Origin: Fibrobacterales bacterium
GTDB taxonomy: Bacteria > Fibrobacterota > Fibrobacteria > Fibrobacterales > JAOPTW01
Assembly: GCA_051532035.1 (NCBI GenBank)
Contig: JAOPTW010000050.1
Coordinates: 1 to 40,297 of the forward strand
Length of the DNA stretch: 40,297 nucleotides
Reading direction: 5' to 3'
Part shown: piece by piece, positions 1 through 9,088 of the stretch
How positions within the stretch are numbered: the stretch's first letter is position 1
How the letters are laid out: each line of letters begins with the position of its first letter
Made by a program: the position numbers and the translations under genes
The notes under the pieces: model-generated
Databases searched by the model: none
What the model saw: the letters and a program-made list of their open reading frames with translations, nothing else
What the model was told of the DNA's origin: nothing

Positions 1-63
1 ATTCATTTGAAGTGAACAACCTCTTTTGGAACCCTCTAACCCGGAAATGCTAGGAAACATTCA

Positions 64-696
64 ATGGAACTTTCAATCATAAATTGGACTGCACTCATGA
101 TTGCAGTAACACATACTTTTGCAGGACCCGACCACTACCTCCCTTTTGTTCTTATTTCAAGGGCACGTCAATGGACACTTAAGAAAACATTATTCCTCGC
201 CACCCTCTGTGGAATTATCCATGTGATTTGCTCTATACTTTTGGGCTTTGCGGGTATTCAACTCGGCGCCATGGTAGAGACACTCATTGGCATCGAAAGT
301 GTTCGTGGTGAACTTGCAGCATGGGGGCTTATCTCTTTTGGATTTATCTATGGGTCTTGGGGTCTTCGAAAAAGCTGGAAAAATCGCCACCCTCACTCGC
401 ACACAACATCAACAACCATTACCCCATGGGTCCTTTTTATCATTTTCGCATTAGGCCCCTGCGAACCATTGATTCCCATTTTAATGTATCCAGCATTTAG
501 TCATGGCACTCTTCAAGTGATACTCGTTGCTTCTGTATTTGGGTTCTTCACATTAAGCACTATGCTGACTATGGTTTGGCTGATGTACAAAGGAGTACAT
601 TCACTTCGGTTTGGGTTTTTAGAAAAGTATTCCCATGCTATTGCAGGATATACTATTTGCTTGAGTGGTGCAGCAGTAATGGCACTTGGTCTTTAG
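64..696 (+). CDS. Integral membrane protein, UreH/HupE-like nickel/cobalt transporter family (DsbD_2/TauE-like)
   Basis: About 6 hydrophobic segments; N-terminal H-x4-PDH metal-permease motif (HTFAGPDHY); internal His cluster (HPHSH); GPCEP motif. Confidence 0.65.
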   Translation: MELSIINWTALMIAVTHTFAGPDHYLPFVLISRARQWTLKKTLFLATLCGIIHVICSILLGFAGIQLGAMVETLIGIESVRGELAAWGLISFGFIYGSWGLRKSWKNRHPHSHTTSTTITPWVLFIIFALGPCEPLIPILMYPAFSHGTLQVILVASVFGFFTLSTMLTMVWLMYKGVHSLRFGFLEKYSHAIAGYTICLSGAAVMALGL

Positions 697-746
697 CACG
701 TATATGACATATGCTTTGCCCGAGATTCTCAAACGAGAATACAAAC

Positions 747-777
747 AAAAAAAGGCCTCATAATAATGAGGCCTTTT
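747..777. terminator. Bidirectional intrinsic terminator
   Basis: AAAAGGCCTCAT-AATA-ATGAGGCCTTTT inverted repeat with A/T tracts, between convergent genes. Confidence 0.85.
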
Positions 778-806
778 CACTTAAATACTAAATAATCTAT
801 TAATTA

Positions 807-2009
807 CTAAAAACGTACACTACTCTGGATATCAAATGAGAAGAGCTTCTCATCAAAATCTTGGTCAAAAGCATATCCAGCAGTAACCCAGAAATCCATA
901 ACATCATTAGGATAGATATAGAGCGTTGGTTGAATAACATTCGTCATATCATTGCCAAATTTAAAAGAGGTGTCATGATACTCATAGAGTAACCCTGCTG
1001 ATATTTTCGGGGTAATTTCCATAGATGGTTCTGCATAAACAAACCATTGAGCTGGCATATCAGTCTGAGAATAAACAGGTGCAGCATCTTTTGCGAGCGC
1101 GGCATAAAACCCACCAGTACTAAACGTAACAGTACCAATATTAATAGTAGGTTCTGCAAGAACAGTAATAGTATTATGACCTCTATAAGGCATGATACCA
1201 AGCGCACCACTTACTGAGTACTCCATTGATTCATAATAACTTGAATAAACACCTTCAACACCAATATTCCAACTTCTTGATCGGCCACCCTCAACACGTT
1301 CTGTAATTTCACCAGGAGCAGTAGCTTCTGAAAGAACTGTCGTTTCAGTACCCGATCCAAACAACACCCAATCCACAACAGGAGTCAGTGACATTTTTGT
1401 ACGGGGCTTATTTATCAAAGAGACATCATACTGAGCATTAATACCAAGTGAGCTCTGAATTGAGTCGACCATACCAATAAAAAAGGTACCATCAGAAGCT
1501 TTAACTCCAATACCTCTGAGAGAGTGTTCTCTATAGAGAGCAGCAAAGGCTCTTTCATCATCATAGCGTCTTAAATTTGTTGTTCCAGCGCTGGTGGTGT
1601 AGTCACCAAGCAATACAGTACCACGATTGGCAAAATCCCAAGAGAGAAGTACCTGTAAGGGGAGGCCATTAACATCAACCATACGATTGTCAGTGTGATG
1701 GGTTATATACCCCATTGAATCAACACTTGTGCCACTCTGATTTTGATAGCCACCACCGAGAACAGCATCATTTATAGGAGAGACACCTTCTTTATAAAGG
1801 TTTCGGTAAGTGAGCGCGACAAAAACGCCATCGTTGAGCTTAATATCTCCAATAAGAGTGATATCATTCAAGGCTGAATAGTTTGCTTTCCACTTTTTAT
1901 TATAAAAATTGACGCCTGCATCGGTTTCGATTTCACCGTGAAAACTCATATCAACCGCAAAGAGTGAAACAACCGTTGTTGCAACAAACGCAATACTTTT
2001 TTTAAACAT
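807..2009 (-). CDS. Putative outer-membrane beta-barrel/porin of unknown family
   Basis: Start moved to ATG 2009 (GAGGA SD; MFKKSIAFVATTVVSLFA signal peptide). Alternating aromatic/polar strands and a C-terminal Phe (DIQSSVRF) typical of BAM substrates. Confidence 0.65.
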   Translation of the reverse strand: MFKKSIAFVATTVVSLFAVDMSFHGEIETDAGVNFYNKKWKANYSALNDITLIGDIKLNDGVFVALTYRNLYKEGVSPINDAVLGGGYQNQSGTSVDSMGYITHHTDNRMVDVNGLPLQVLLSWDFANRGTVLLGDYTTSAGTTNLRRYDDERAFAALYREHSLRGIGVKASDGTFFIGMVDSIQSSLGINAQYDVSLINKPRTKMSLTPVVDWVLFGSGTETTVLSEATAPGEITERVEGGRSRSWNIGVEGVYSSYYESMEYSVSGALGIMPYRGHNTITVLAEPTINIGTVTFSTGGFYAALAKDAAPVYSQTDMPAQWFVYAEPSMEITPKISAGLLYEYHDTSFKFGNDMTNVIQPTLYIYPNDVMDFWVTAGYAFDQDFDEKLFSFDIQSSVRF

Positions 2010-2047
2010 GGAATCCTCAAATAATGATTTAATTTGGTCAAAAGATA

Positions 2048-2239
2048 CAAAAAAACCTGTCTTTGACACCGAATCTCATGTTGTGAAGGTTATTATGAGA
2101 AGGTCTGGAAGGAGCAAAGACAGGATCTTATCATTAAGGAGATGATGAATCAGGAAGGCAGCCCACTATGGTGCACATCTGAACGATTCATTCTACAATC
2201 CACTATCAAAAAAGTCGTGTATTTTATTTAAACAACTCC
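2048..2239 (-). ncRNA. Candidate sigma54-dependent structured leader RNA or sRNA (strand not certain)
   Basis: Lies just downstream of a sigma54 promoter. A 10-bp stem (2056-2065/2115-2124) is followed by U7 on the minus strand, with nested hairpins and five CCUU (AAGG on +) motifs. Confidence 0.45.
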
Positions 2240-2249
2240 TTACTCTTAC

Positions 2250-2266
2250 TGCAACATATGTGCCAA
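2250..2266 (-). promoter_or_regulatory. Sigma54 (RpoN) -24/-12 promoter
   Basis: Minus strand TTGGCAC-ATATG-TTGCA matches TGGCAC-N5-TTGCW exactly and is intergenic. Confidence 0.85.
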
Positions 2267-2311
2267 TTTATTGTCTTATTTTTCAGCTTAATTTTAAGGA
2301 AAACCCAAGTA

Positions 2312-2408
2312 CTCTACCCATTTTGTAGCACAATTTTGTCTTTGGATACAAATTAGACACATTTTTGTCCGTGAAGCCCCTTCTTTTTTCTCTCTACCCA
2401 CTCTGTAG
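2312..2408. promoter_or_regulatory. Candidate enhancer (UAS) boxes for a sigma54 activator
   Basis: CTCTACCCAYTYTGTAG twice (2312-2328, 2392-2408; each CTAC-N7-GTAG) and CACAWTTTTGTC twice (2329-2340, 2358-2369), about 75-170 bp upstream of the predicted start. Confidence 0.5.
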
Positions 2409-2474
2409 AAAGGGAGTACTGCCCAAATTGTTCTAAAATACTATCTTATTCAGAAAACTATAGTAGAGGCCCCA

Positions 2475-3107
2475 TTGAAATCCCTTATCATTTTTCTTCT
2501 CTCTTGTACTGTCATTTCAGTAACAGCCAAAGCCCCCATTACCGCTCAACAAGCCTTGGATAAATCATCTACATTCTTCAATACTCTCACGACTTTTTCA
2601 CTTTCGTTTAAGGTTAAAACCCTCTATGACATTACCGAAGAGGAAAAAGAGTACACTGGGACGCTTATGGTTGGGCCCAAAGATAAATTTGTTCTTGATC
2701 ACTCAGAGCTCAAAATGGTCAGTGATGGTGTTACGCTTTGGGAACACCGAAAAGCCCATAAGCAAGTACTCATAAAATCCCTTATAGATATGGAGTCAGG
2801 CTTTCACACATCAGAGATCATTTTCAAATACCTGAAATGCACTCCTCTTACCATTGCTCATAAAAAGGAGAAAAATACTCCGTACCTAGTCCTCACACTT
2901 GATCCGAGTAAACAGATCACCTATCTTAAAGGGATGAAGGTGTGGCTCGACCCAACAGACTTTTCACCAAAACGGCTTAAGACTATTGATGTCAGTGATA
3001 ACGTTTCCTGGTATACCATAGATAATTTTAAGAGTAATCCACCCGTTAACGATAAAACGTTTACCTACACTCCTGCTCTAACGCTTGAAACTATAGACAT
3101 GAGGTAA
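2475..3107 (+). CDS. lolA: Outer-membrane lipoprotein carrier LolA-family protein
   Basis: Signal peptide; G-x-L-x-V-x-P-x-x-F motif, VSDGVTLW motif, C-terminal N-P-x-V-x-D-x-x-F-x-Y-x-P and IDMR end, typical of LolA. Confidence 0.8.
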   Translation: MKSLIIFLLSCTVISVTAKAPITAQQALDKSSTFFNTLTTFSLSFKVKTLYDITEEEKEYTGTLMVGPKDKFVLDHSELKMVSDGVTLWEHRKAHKQVLIKSLIDMESGFHTSEIIFKYLKCTPLTIAHKKEKNTPYLVLTLDPSKQITYLKGMKVWLDPTDFSPKRLKTIDVSDNVSWYTIDNFKSNPPVNDKTFTYTPALTLETIDMR

Positions 3108-3109
3108 TA

Positions 3110-4012
3110 GTGCGAGCTCTGATACTTTCGCTCCTCCTTAACTCTGCCTCTCTCATTGCTGGGTATTCACCCTTTTCTCATCAGGGTGAAGCCTCATTTG
3201 ATGAACTCAAAATGTATGAACATCCAAGAGAAGCTGCTCTTGCAGGCTCTGGCTCCGCTCTCAGTATTTCTGCAACTGAAGCAGCAGGCAATCCTCTTTC
3301 ACTCAGTCAAGCCTCTCACTTTTTTATCTCTGCAGCAACAACATCTCTTCCGAGTCAACTGGCCGCAACCTCTCGCCACCTTACCCTTGGAAGCCCGTTG
3401 AGCAGCTTTGCTCTGGCCTTTACCAGTCACTATATTGAGTACGAGCCATTCACCCAACGTGACTCTGACGGTAGAGCTCTTGGTGAATACACCGCAAAGA
3501 CCATCCACCTCTCTTCTATACTTGCAAGTGACTCTGGTACCTATGCATGGGCGGCGCGCCTACACTACGGCTACAATACAATCCACGATTTTTCATCGCA
3601 CGCTCTTTTTATCAGTGGATACGGATCCTTCACCTATAATGATCGATCAGCAATACAGCTCTCTGTAGAAAACCTTGGCGCTGCATCAAAGATGAACCAG
3701 GAAGAACTCTATCTGCCCCTCACGTTACAAGTCTCTCTCGGACACACCGTTTGGAAAAACGACATTCTCGAGTGCCGAACCTTTGCAGATTTTAAAAAAA
3801 TTAATGAGGAACCCTTTTTTGCCGTTATAGCTCAAGAGATTGCATTATATGACCACTTTTCACTTCGTGGAGGCTACAACTTTCATACCGATCAGAGCTG
3901 GTCTGTCGGAGGTGGTATCGAGTTTTTTGGATACTCCATTGACTATGCCTATCAAAATCATCAATACCTTGAAGGCTCACACTCTGTCAGTTTTGCCTTA
4001 GAGCTTGAGTAA
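3110..4012 (+). CDS. PorV/PorQ-like (UPF0164) outer-membrane beta-barrel
   Basis: PREAALAGSGSALS...GNP N-terminal motif, LRGGY, IDYAY...L...H-x-V-S C-terminal strands; directly follows lolA. Confidence 0.7.
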   Translation: MRALILSLLLNSASLIAGYSPFSHQGEASFDELKMYEHPREAALAGSGSALSISATEAAGNPLSLSQASHFFISAATTSLPSQLAATSRHLTLGSPLSSFALAFTSHYIEYEPFTQRDSDGRALGEYTAKTIHLSSILASDSGTYAWAARLHYGYNTIHDFSSHALFISGYGSFTYNDRSAIQLSVENLGAASKMNQEELYLPLTLQVSLGHTVWKNDILECRTFADFKKINEEPFFAVIAQEIALYDHFSLRGGYNFHTDQSWSVGGGIEFFGYSIDYAYQNHQYLEGSHSVSFALELE

Positions 4013-4030
4013 CAGTTCTCACCAATACTC

Positions 4031-5398
4031 TTAGTTACCGCGCTCTCTATGTTCTTCAAAAGCACCATATTCGTGGAGTTTATTTCTGAGGGTTCTAATA
4101 CTAATATCAAGCATCTCACTCGCTTTTGTTTTATTCCCATTACACTCTTCAAGAGTATTAAGAATAAGCTGTTGTTCAGCTTGAGCTACAGTCATTCCTG
4201 AAGAAAACTGTTCCCCTGCGGCTGCCGACACTTTTTTTCCATCAATATTGAGATCAAATTTATCATCCGTAATCAAGCCCGACTTTGTAAAGACCATGGC
4301 ACGCTCCATAGCATTTTCCAATTGGCGTATATTGCCGGGCCAAGGATAATTTTTGAGCATTATAAGAGTATCGCTCTCAATACCATCAACAGTATAACCA
4401 TATTCAGTATTGAATTTTTCTATAAAGTGTTGCACCAACAACTCAATATCATCTTTCCTCTCGTGTAATGACATAATGTGAACAGGTATCACATTAAGTC
4501 TATAAAAGAGGTCTTCCCGAAATGTTCCCGCTTTTACCTCTTCTTGCAAATTTCTATTTGTCGTACAGATCACCCGAACATCCACTGCCACTTCTTCATC
4601 AGAGCCTAATCGAGAGACCTCTCGCTCCTGTAACACTCTCAGTAATTTAGACTGTGCATTCAGAGGCATTTCACCAATTTCATCTAAGAGCAGTGTCCCT
4701 TTATGACCCTGCTCAAATTTACCTTTGCGCGTCTTGAGTGCACCAGTGAAGGCACCTTTTTCGTGACCAAACAGTTCACTCTCTATCAAAGTATCAGGAA
4801 GTGCCGCGCAATTTATTTTTATAAATGGTCCGCCTGCACGTGAGCTTTTGCCATGTATCAGACGTGCCAACACCTCTTTACCTACGCCACTCTCACCGGT
4901 CACTAACACTGTTGCATTGGAGTCAGCGACTTCTTCGACAATCTGTGCAATTGCATTATACCCTTTGGATGCGCCACCGATAAATTCATGACGACCAGCG
5001 AGTTGCTTTTTAAGTTCTTTATTCTCTGCTTTTAACGATGCATTTTCTAATGCTCGTGCGACAACCATCTCGAGCATATCAGGCGAGCATGGCTTCTCGA
5101 CAAAATCAACCGCCCCCATACGCATAAGCTCAACAGCGGTTTCTATAGTACCATAGGCAGTCATAATAATAAAGGGTAGGCCTACATGTCGCTCTCGTAC
5201 CTCTTTATAGAGTTCGAGACCAGTCATACCGGGCATTTTAAAATCGGAAACGACAAGCCCCGCGTCAAAAGTCTGAAGAGCTTCTAATGCATCAGGTCCA
5301 TTTTTTGCATCCTTACACTCATAGCCTGCACGAGTGAGCGTCTCCATAACCATATCTCTCATGAGTTCTTCGTCATCAACAACCAATATTTTTGCCAT
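4031..5398 (-). CDS. Sigma54-dependent response regulator (NtrC/FleR/AtoC type: REC-AAA+-Fis HTH)
   Basis: REC (VVDDE, D-F-K-MPG), Walker A GESGVGKE, ESELFGHEKGAFTGA, LLDEIGE, FREDLFYRLNV, WPGNIRQLEN, C-terminal HTH. Confidence 0.95.
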   Translation of the reverse strand: MAKILVVDDEELMRDMVMETLTRAGYECKDAKNGPDALEALQTFDAGLVVSDFKMPGMTGLELYKEVRERHVGLPFIIMTAYGTIETAVELMRMGAVDFVEKPCSPDMLEMVVARALENASLKAENKELKKQLAGRHEFIGGASKGYNAIAQIVEEVADSNATVLVTGESGVGKEVLARLIHGKSSRAGGPFIKINCAALPDTLIESELFGHEKGAFTGALKTRKGKFEQGHKGTLLLDEIGEMPLNAQSKLLRVLQEREVSRLGSDEEVAVDVRVICTTNRNLQEEVKAGTFREDLFYRLNVIPVHIMSLHERKDDIELLVQHFIEKFNTEYGYTVDGIESDTLIMLKNYPWPGNIRQLENAMERAMVFTKSGLITDDKFDLNIDGKKVSAAAGEQFSSGMTVAQAEQQLILNTLEECNGNKTKASEMLDISIRTLRNKLHEYGAFEEHRERGN

Positions 5399-5408
5399 GG
5401 TATTTTTC

Positions 5409-6638
5409 CTACTTTTTTAACTCAATTAAAAACTCTGTTCCTTTGCCGAATTCACTATCTGCAAAGATAGTCCCCCCGTGTGCCTCTACAATTTTTTTAA
5501 CAATAGCGAGACCAAGTCCCGTCCCCTGTTCTTTTGTTGTATAAAAAGGGATAAATACCTCTTTCAATACCTCTATTTCCATACCGGCACCATTGTCTCT
5601 CAAAAAGACTACTGCTCCGGGGTCTCTCTTTTTAATATAGACCTCAAGTACTCCATCATCTTCGATAGCCTGAATAGCATTAAAGAGAAGGTTAAGCATC
5701 ACCTGTTGAAATTTTTCTGGATCAAGTTCAACCTCGACAGGTTCCTTGGGGAAATTTCGTTGTATGATGATATTTTTACCATCTTTCTCAATCTCAATCT
5801 CGGCGTACGCTAATACATCTTCCATCCATTCACAAATATCAAGAGAGACCAAATGAAGTGAACTTTTACGAGTGTATACTAAAAGGCTTGAAACAATTTT
5901 ATTAAGGCTCGACACCCCAAGAATAATCTTATCTACCAACCGTTTTTTTGCCTCATCTTCAGCAACATCACGGGCAAGAAGCCCTGCATATCCACCAATA
6001 GCACCAAGAGGATTACGAATTTCGTGAGCAACCGTTGCTGCAAGTTCGCCCAAAGCGGTCAACGTTTTTGCTTGCTGCACCTCTTCTTCCATGCGCTTGA
6101 GACTACTGAGGTCTGAGAAAGTAACCACAAGACTAATAAGGTTTTCGCGACTGTCAATCACAGCGCTCCCCTTAAAAGTAGCGGGAAAATTAAGACCATT
6201 AAAGTCAACGGTTTTTTCTTCTTCGGCAACATCATGATTATTTTCATAAGCTCTGATAATTGCCCGTACAATACCACTGTTCAATGGAAAGCTGTCTTTC
6301 ACATTTCTGCCGATCAGATCTTCGGACTTCATCTGAAGCATGTTTTCAGCAGACTTATTAAACACCGTAATATTTAAGTCAGGGTCAACCATCAACACGC
6401 CTGGTTTCATAGAGTGAAGCAGTCCATCAAGCTTATCTTGAATGAGAGTGTTCTCTTCAATTTTTTCATTGAGTTGGTTATTCTTTGATTCGAGTTCAGT
6501 ACTCACCTCTTCAAAACGCCCCACAAGGTTTTGATAGGCCCCTTCAAGACGGGATACTGTTTCATTAAACCAAGTAAAGACTTTTTCGAGTTCAGGATTA
6601 TTAGAAATATCAGGAGGGAGGTTTAATTGATCATTCAT
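5409..6638 (-). CDS. Cytoplasmic PAS sensor histidine kinase (FleS/FlrB-like)
   Basis: N-terminal coiled coil, PAS (FNKSAE), H-box AHEIRNPL, N-box, G1 DNGAG, F and G2 GTGLGL boxes; no TM segment. Confidence 0.92.
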   Translation of the reverse strand: MNDQLNLPPDISNNPELEKVFTWFNETVSRLEGAYQNLVGRFEEVSTELESKNNQLNEKIEENTLIQDKLDGLLHSMKPGVLMVDPDLNITVFNKSAENMLQMKSEDLIGRNVKDSFPLNSGIVRAIIRAYENNHDVAEEEKTVDFNGLNFPATFKGSAVIDSRENLISLVVTFSDLSSLKRMEEEVQQAKTLTALGELAATVAHEIRNPLGAIGGYAGLLARDVAEDEAKKRLVDKIILGVSSLNKIVSSLLVYTRKSSLHLVSLDICEWMEDVLAYAEIEIEKDGKNIIIQRNFPKEPVEVELDPEKFQQVMLNLLFNAIQAIEDDGVLEVYIKKRDPGAVVFLRDNGAGMEIEVLKEVFIPFYTTKEQGTGLGLAIVKKIVEAHGGTIFADSEFGKGTEFLIELKK

Positions 6639-6669
6639 TGAATACCGCTTAACTCATTTATCTCATCGA

Positions 6670-7074
6670 TCAACGCATCGCACGATATGCATTGATTATA
6701 TCATTGGCACTTTGAGGCTTGTCATTCCCCAAGTGTTGATTAAAAATTGCCACCATCTCTTCATCGAGCTGCTTCATTTTTTCAACAACAACCTCGATCT
6801 GGCTCAACAACTGTTCAACTGTGGTAAATTCTGGTGTGCCTTTCATTGCATCGCGCACTTGCATCCATTCAGAAATCAGAGGAGCAGCAGATTGGGAACT
6901 GGCTTGAATTCCATCAAGGAGCGTGTTCTTCTCCTGTAATTTTTGGGTAAAACCATCAAGATCAGTTCCAACACTCAATATTTTCAGAAGAGCACTATTA
7001 ATAGCACTCACCTGTTTAAATTTCGCAAGTTGTTCTCGAAGCATTGTTTGCAGTGCTACAGCCTGATCCATCAT
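6670..7074 (-). CDS. Small helical protein, possibly FlgN/FliT-like flagellar chaperone
   Basis: 134 aa, all-helical heptad pattern, in an operon with the kinase and regulator; family assignment is weak. Confidence 0.45.
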   Translation of the reverse strand: MMDQAVALQTMLREQLAKFKQVSAINSALLKILSVGTDLDGFTQKLQEKNTLLDGIQASSQSAAPLISEWMQVRDAMKGTPEFTTVEQLLSQIEVVVEKMKQLDEEMVAIFNQHLGNDKPQSANDIINAYRAMR

Positions 7075-7079
7075 ATTTG

Positions 7080-8912
7080 TTATCGCTCCAATGCAAAGTC
7101 ATACTCTTTGCGCCAAATAGTATCAACTCTTTTCCAACGCGCCTGTTCTGCCCAATAACTTTTTGGATAGTTGTTATAAACTTTTTTATAAAACTGTACC
7201 GCAGCTTCGTACTCTGATTTTGCCCGTTTAACATTACCCAATTGATAATACCCCCAAGGAGAATTAACCGTATCAGGATAGGTTTCAACAACTTCACTAT
7301 AGTACTTCTCAGCAAGGTTCCATATTTGATTTTTATAATAGAGGTCAGCTAATTCATAATAGGCTTTACGACACAACTCAGGATTAACCCCATCATTACA
7401 ATTGGTTAATATCTGTTTCAAGTGTACTTTTGCCTTTTTATGATTGCCTTCATACACATAGTTTTGAGCAATAGAGAGACGGAGTGAATCTTTTTTCGAA
7501 GGTGAACTTTGTAAGAGGATTGCTTTTTCGAGCAGTGCCAACCCTTCACTATTTTGGTTTTCAAGTTGCGCTAACTTCCCAGAAAGTTCTGTCTTTTCTG
7601 CAACAAGAGGTCCGAGCACCCCACCTGTTTTAACGTTATTAAAATGGTTCCGTGCCTTTTTGCTATCATCCATCTCAAAATACATCTTTGCCAGTAAAAA
7701 GTGCGTAGCAGAGCGGTACGGCTCTTTACTATCAGACCGAAGCAGTAATTGCCCAGCATTTTCAGCATTCTCTTGTAAGCCAAGCAGATAATAGAGGTTC
7801 ATAAGATTAAACTGTGCCGCAATATTGTTAGGGCTTGAATTATATTTTAGGCCAACCTGCTTCAAACGTTCAATAGCTTGATTAAAGTTTTTTTCGACCT
7901 TATAATTTTTCCAGGCCTGCTGAAGATCTGTCGCCCCTTTCATATCTTTATTGTGCACCACAAAAAGACGTCCCTCTTCCATCTCTTGTACTTGCTGAGG
8001 ATCTACATTAACCAATTCCTCTTCTTTCTCATCAGGGTCAGCTACATCTTCTATCTTCTTACCAATCAGTGGTTTCAGACGGTCGATTCTTTTTTGAGCT
8101 TGCGTTTTTCCCGCCTGTTTTTTTGTTAAAGGGATATAGCGTGTATAGTGCCCTATCGCCTCTTCCGCCTTACCATCCTTCTCTGCAATACGACCTAAAT
8201 AGTAGTGTGCATTAAAGCCCTTTTCGGGAAAACCAATTGATCGCTTAAAATTAAAAACGGCTTTTTCATAATCTTTCAAATTGTATCGATTCTCTCCTGC
8301 ATAGTAATAGGCCCCAGGGTGTCCCGGTTGATTTTTAAGCACTTTTCGCCAATAGGCAAGTGCTTCTTTATCTTTACCCATGCGGGTAAGGTGGAGCGCT
8401 TTTTTATAATAGTCACTGCTATAATTGAAAGTACGGCCTGTCGCCCCTCTTTTTTTCTCCACAACTACCTTGGATTTCGCATCATTGCGAATGAGATCCA
8501 TAATCCGCGCAACATGCTTCTCGGCCTGCTCAGCCGTCGCACCTTTTGCATACTGAGCAACATTTCTCCAGTTGGCGACACTCTTTTCAAATGCTCCAAT
8601 TTTCTCATAAGAATCTGCCGCGCCCAGGTACCCTATGACTGAAGTCGGCTCAATTTGTAGTGCATCTTGATAGTGCTTAATGGCAGCATGGTGATCATTT
8701 TTACGCCCACTAATACCCGCAAGCGCAAGATACGCGCCCACATTTCGAGGTTCCTCAAGGAGCCCCGCACGATACTCAGCCACCGCTTTATCCAACTCAC
8801 CATTTTTTTCGTACTGTCGCGCTATCTTAAATCGCATACTTTCCGCATGAGCACCAGATACCATGATCAGTACTACCGCGAAAAGACCTAACATCGTAGG
8901 TTTAAACATCAT
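7080..8912 (-). CDS. Exported tetratricopeptide-repeat protein
   Basis: Start moved to ATG 8912 (signal peptide ending AHA); many TPR units (AYYYAG, AHYYLG, YYQLG, YP-x-S-x-WA). Confidence 0.85.
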   Translation of the reverse strand: MMFKPTMLGLFAVVLIMVSGAHAESMRFKIARQYEKNGELDKAVAEYRAGLLEEPRNVGAYLALAGISGRKNDHHAAIKHYQDALQIEPTSVIGYLGAADSYEKIGAFEKSVANWRNVAQYAKGATAEQAEKHVARIMDLIRNDAKSKVVVEKKRGATGRTFNYSSDYYKKALHLTRMGKDKEALAYWRKVLKNQPGHPGAYYYAGENRYNLKDYEKAVFNFKRSIGFPEKGFNAHYYLGRIAEKDGKAEEAIGHYTRYIPLTKKQAGKTQAQKRIDRLKPLIGKKIEDVADPDEKEEELVNVDPQQVQEMEEGRLFVVHNKDMKGATDLQQAWKNYKVEKNFNQAIERLKQVGLKYNSSPNNIAAQFNLMNLYYLLGLQENAENAGQLLLRSDSKEPYRSATHFLLAKMYFEMDDSKKARNHFNNVKTGGVLGPLVAEKTELSGKLAQLENQNSEGLALLEKAILLQSSPSKKDSLRLSIAQNYVYEGNHKKAKVHLKQILTNCNDGVNPELCRKAYYELADLYYKNQIWNLAEKYYSEVVETYPDTVNSPWGYYQLGNVKRAKSEYEAAVQFYKKVYNNYPKSYWAEQARWKRVDTIWRKEYDFALER

Positions 8913-9034
8913 ATAACCCTTCACCTTGTGAGGTAACTTACTCTGTTGGGAAAGATAATATCTTTTAAACTTCAAAATGGCTAATTTCTTTAAAAATCAG
9001 GGACTTATAAACAGAGTTCCTCTAAAATTTGATC

Positions 9035-9065
9035 AAAAAAAAGGTGGTTTCAACAGAAACCACCT
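9035..9065 (-). terminator. Intrinsic terminator after hemL
   Basis: AGGTGGTTTC-AACA-GAAACCACCT with U-tract on the minus strand. Confidence 0.85.
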
Positions 9066-9088
9066 CGAGAAAATATTTGAAAAGAGCA

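Noticed and set aside
3..53. Possible 3' end of an upstream gene (SFEVNNLFWNPLTRKC*)
   Set aside because: Too short to assign a frame or family.
2170..2191. AUCGUUCA on the minus strand resembling the start of a glnA glutamine riboswitch
   Set aside because: The downstream GGAAG and GAAGGAACG elements are absent on that strand.
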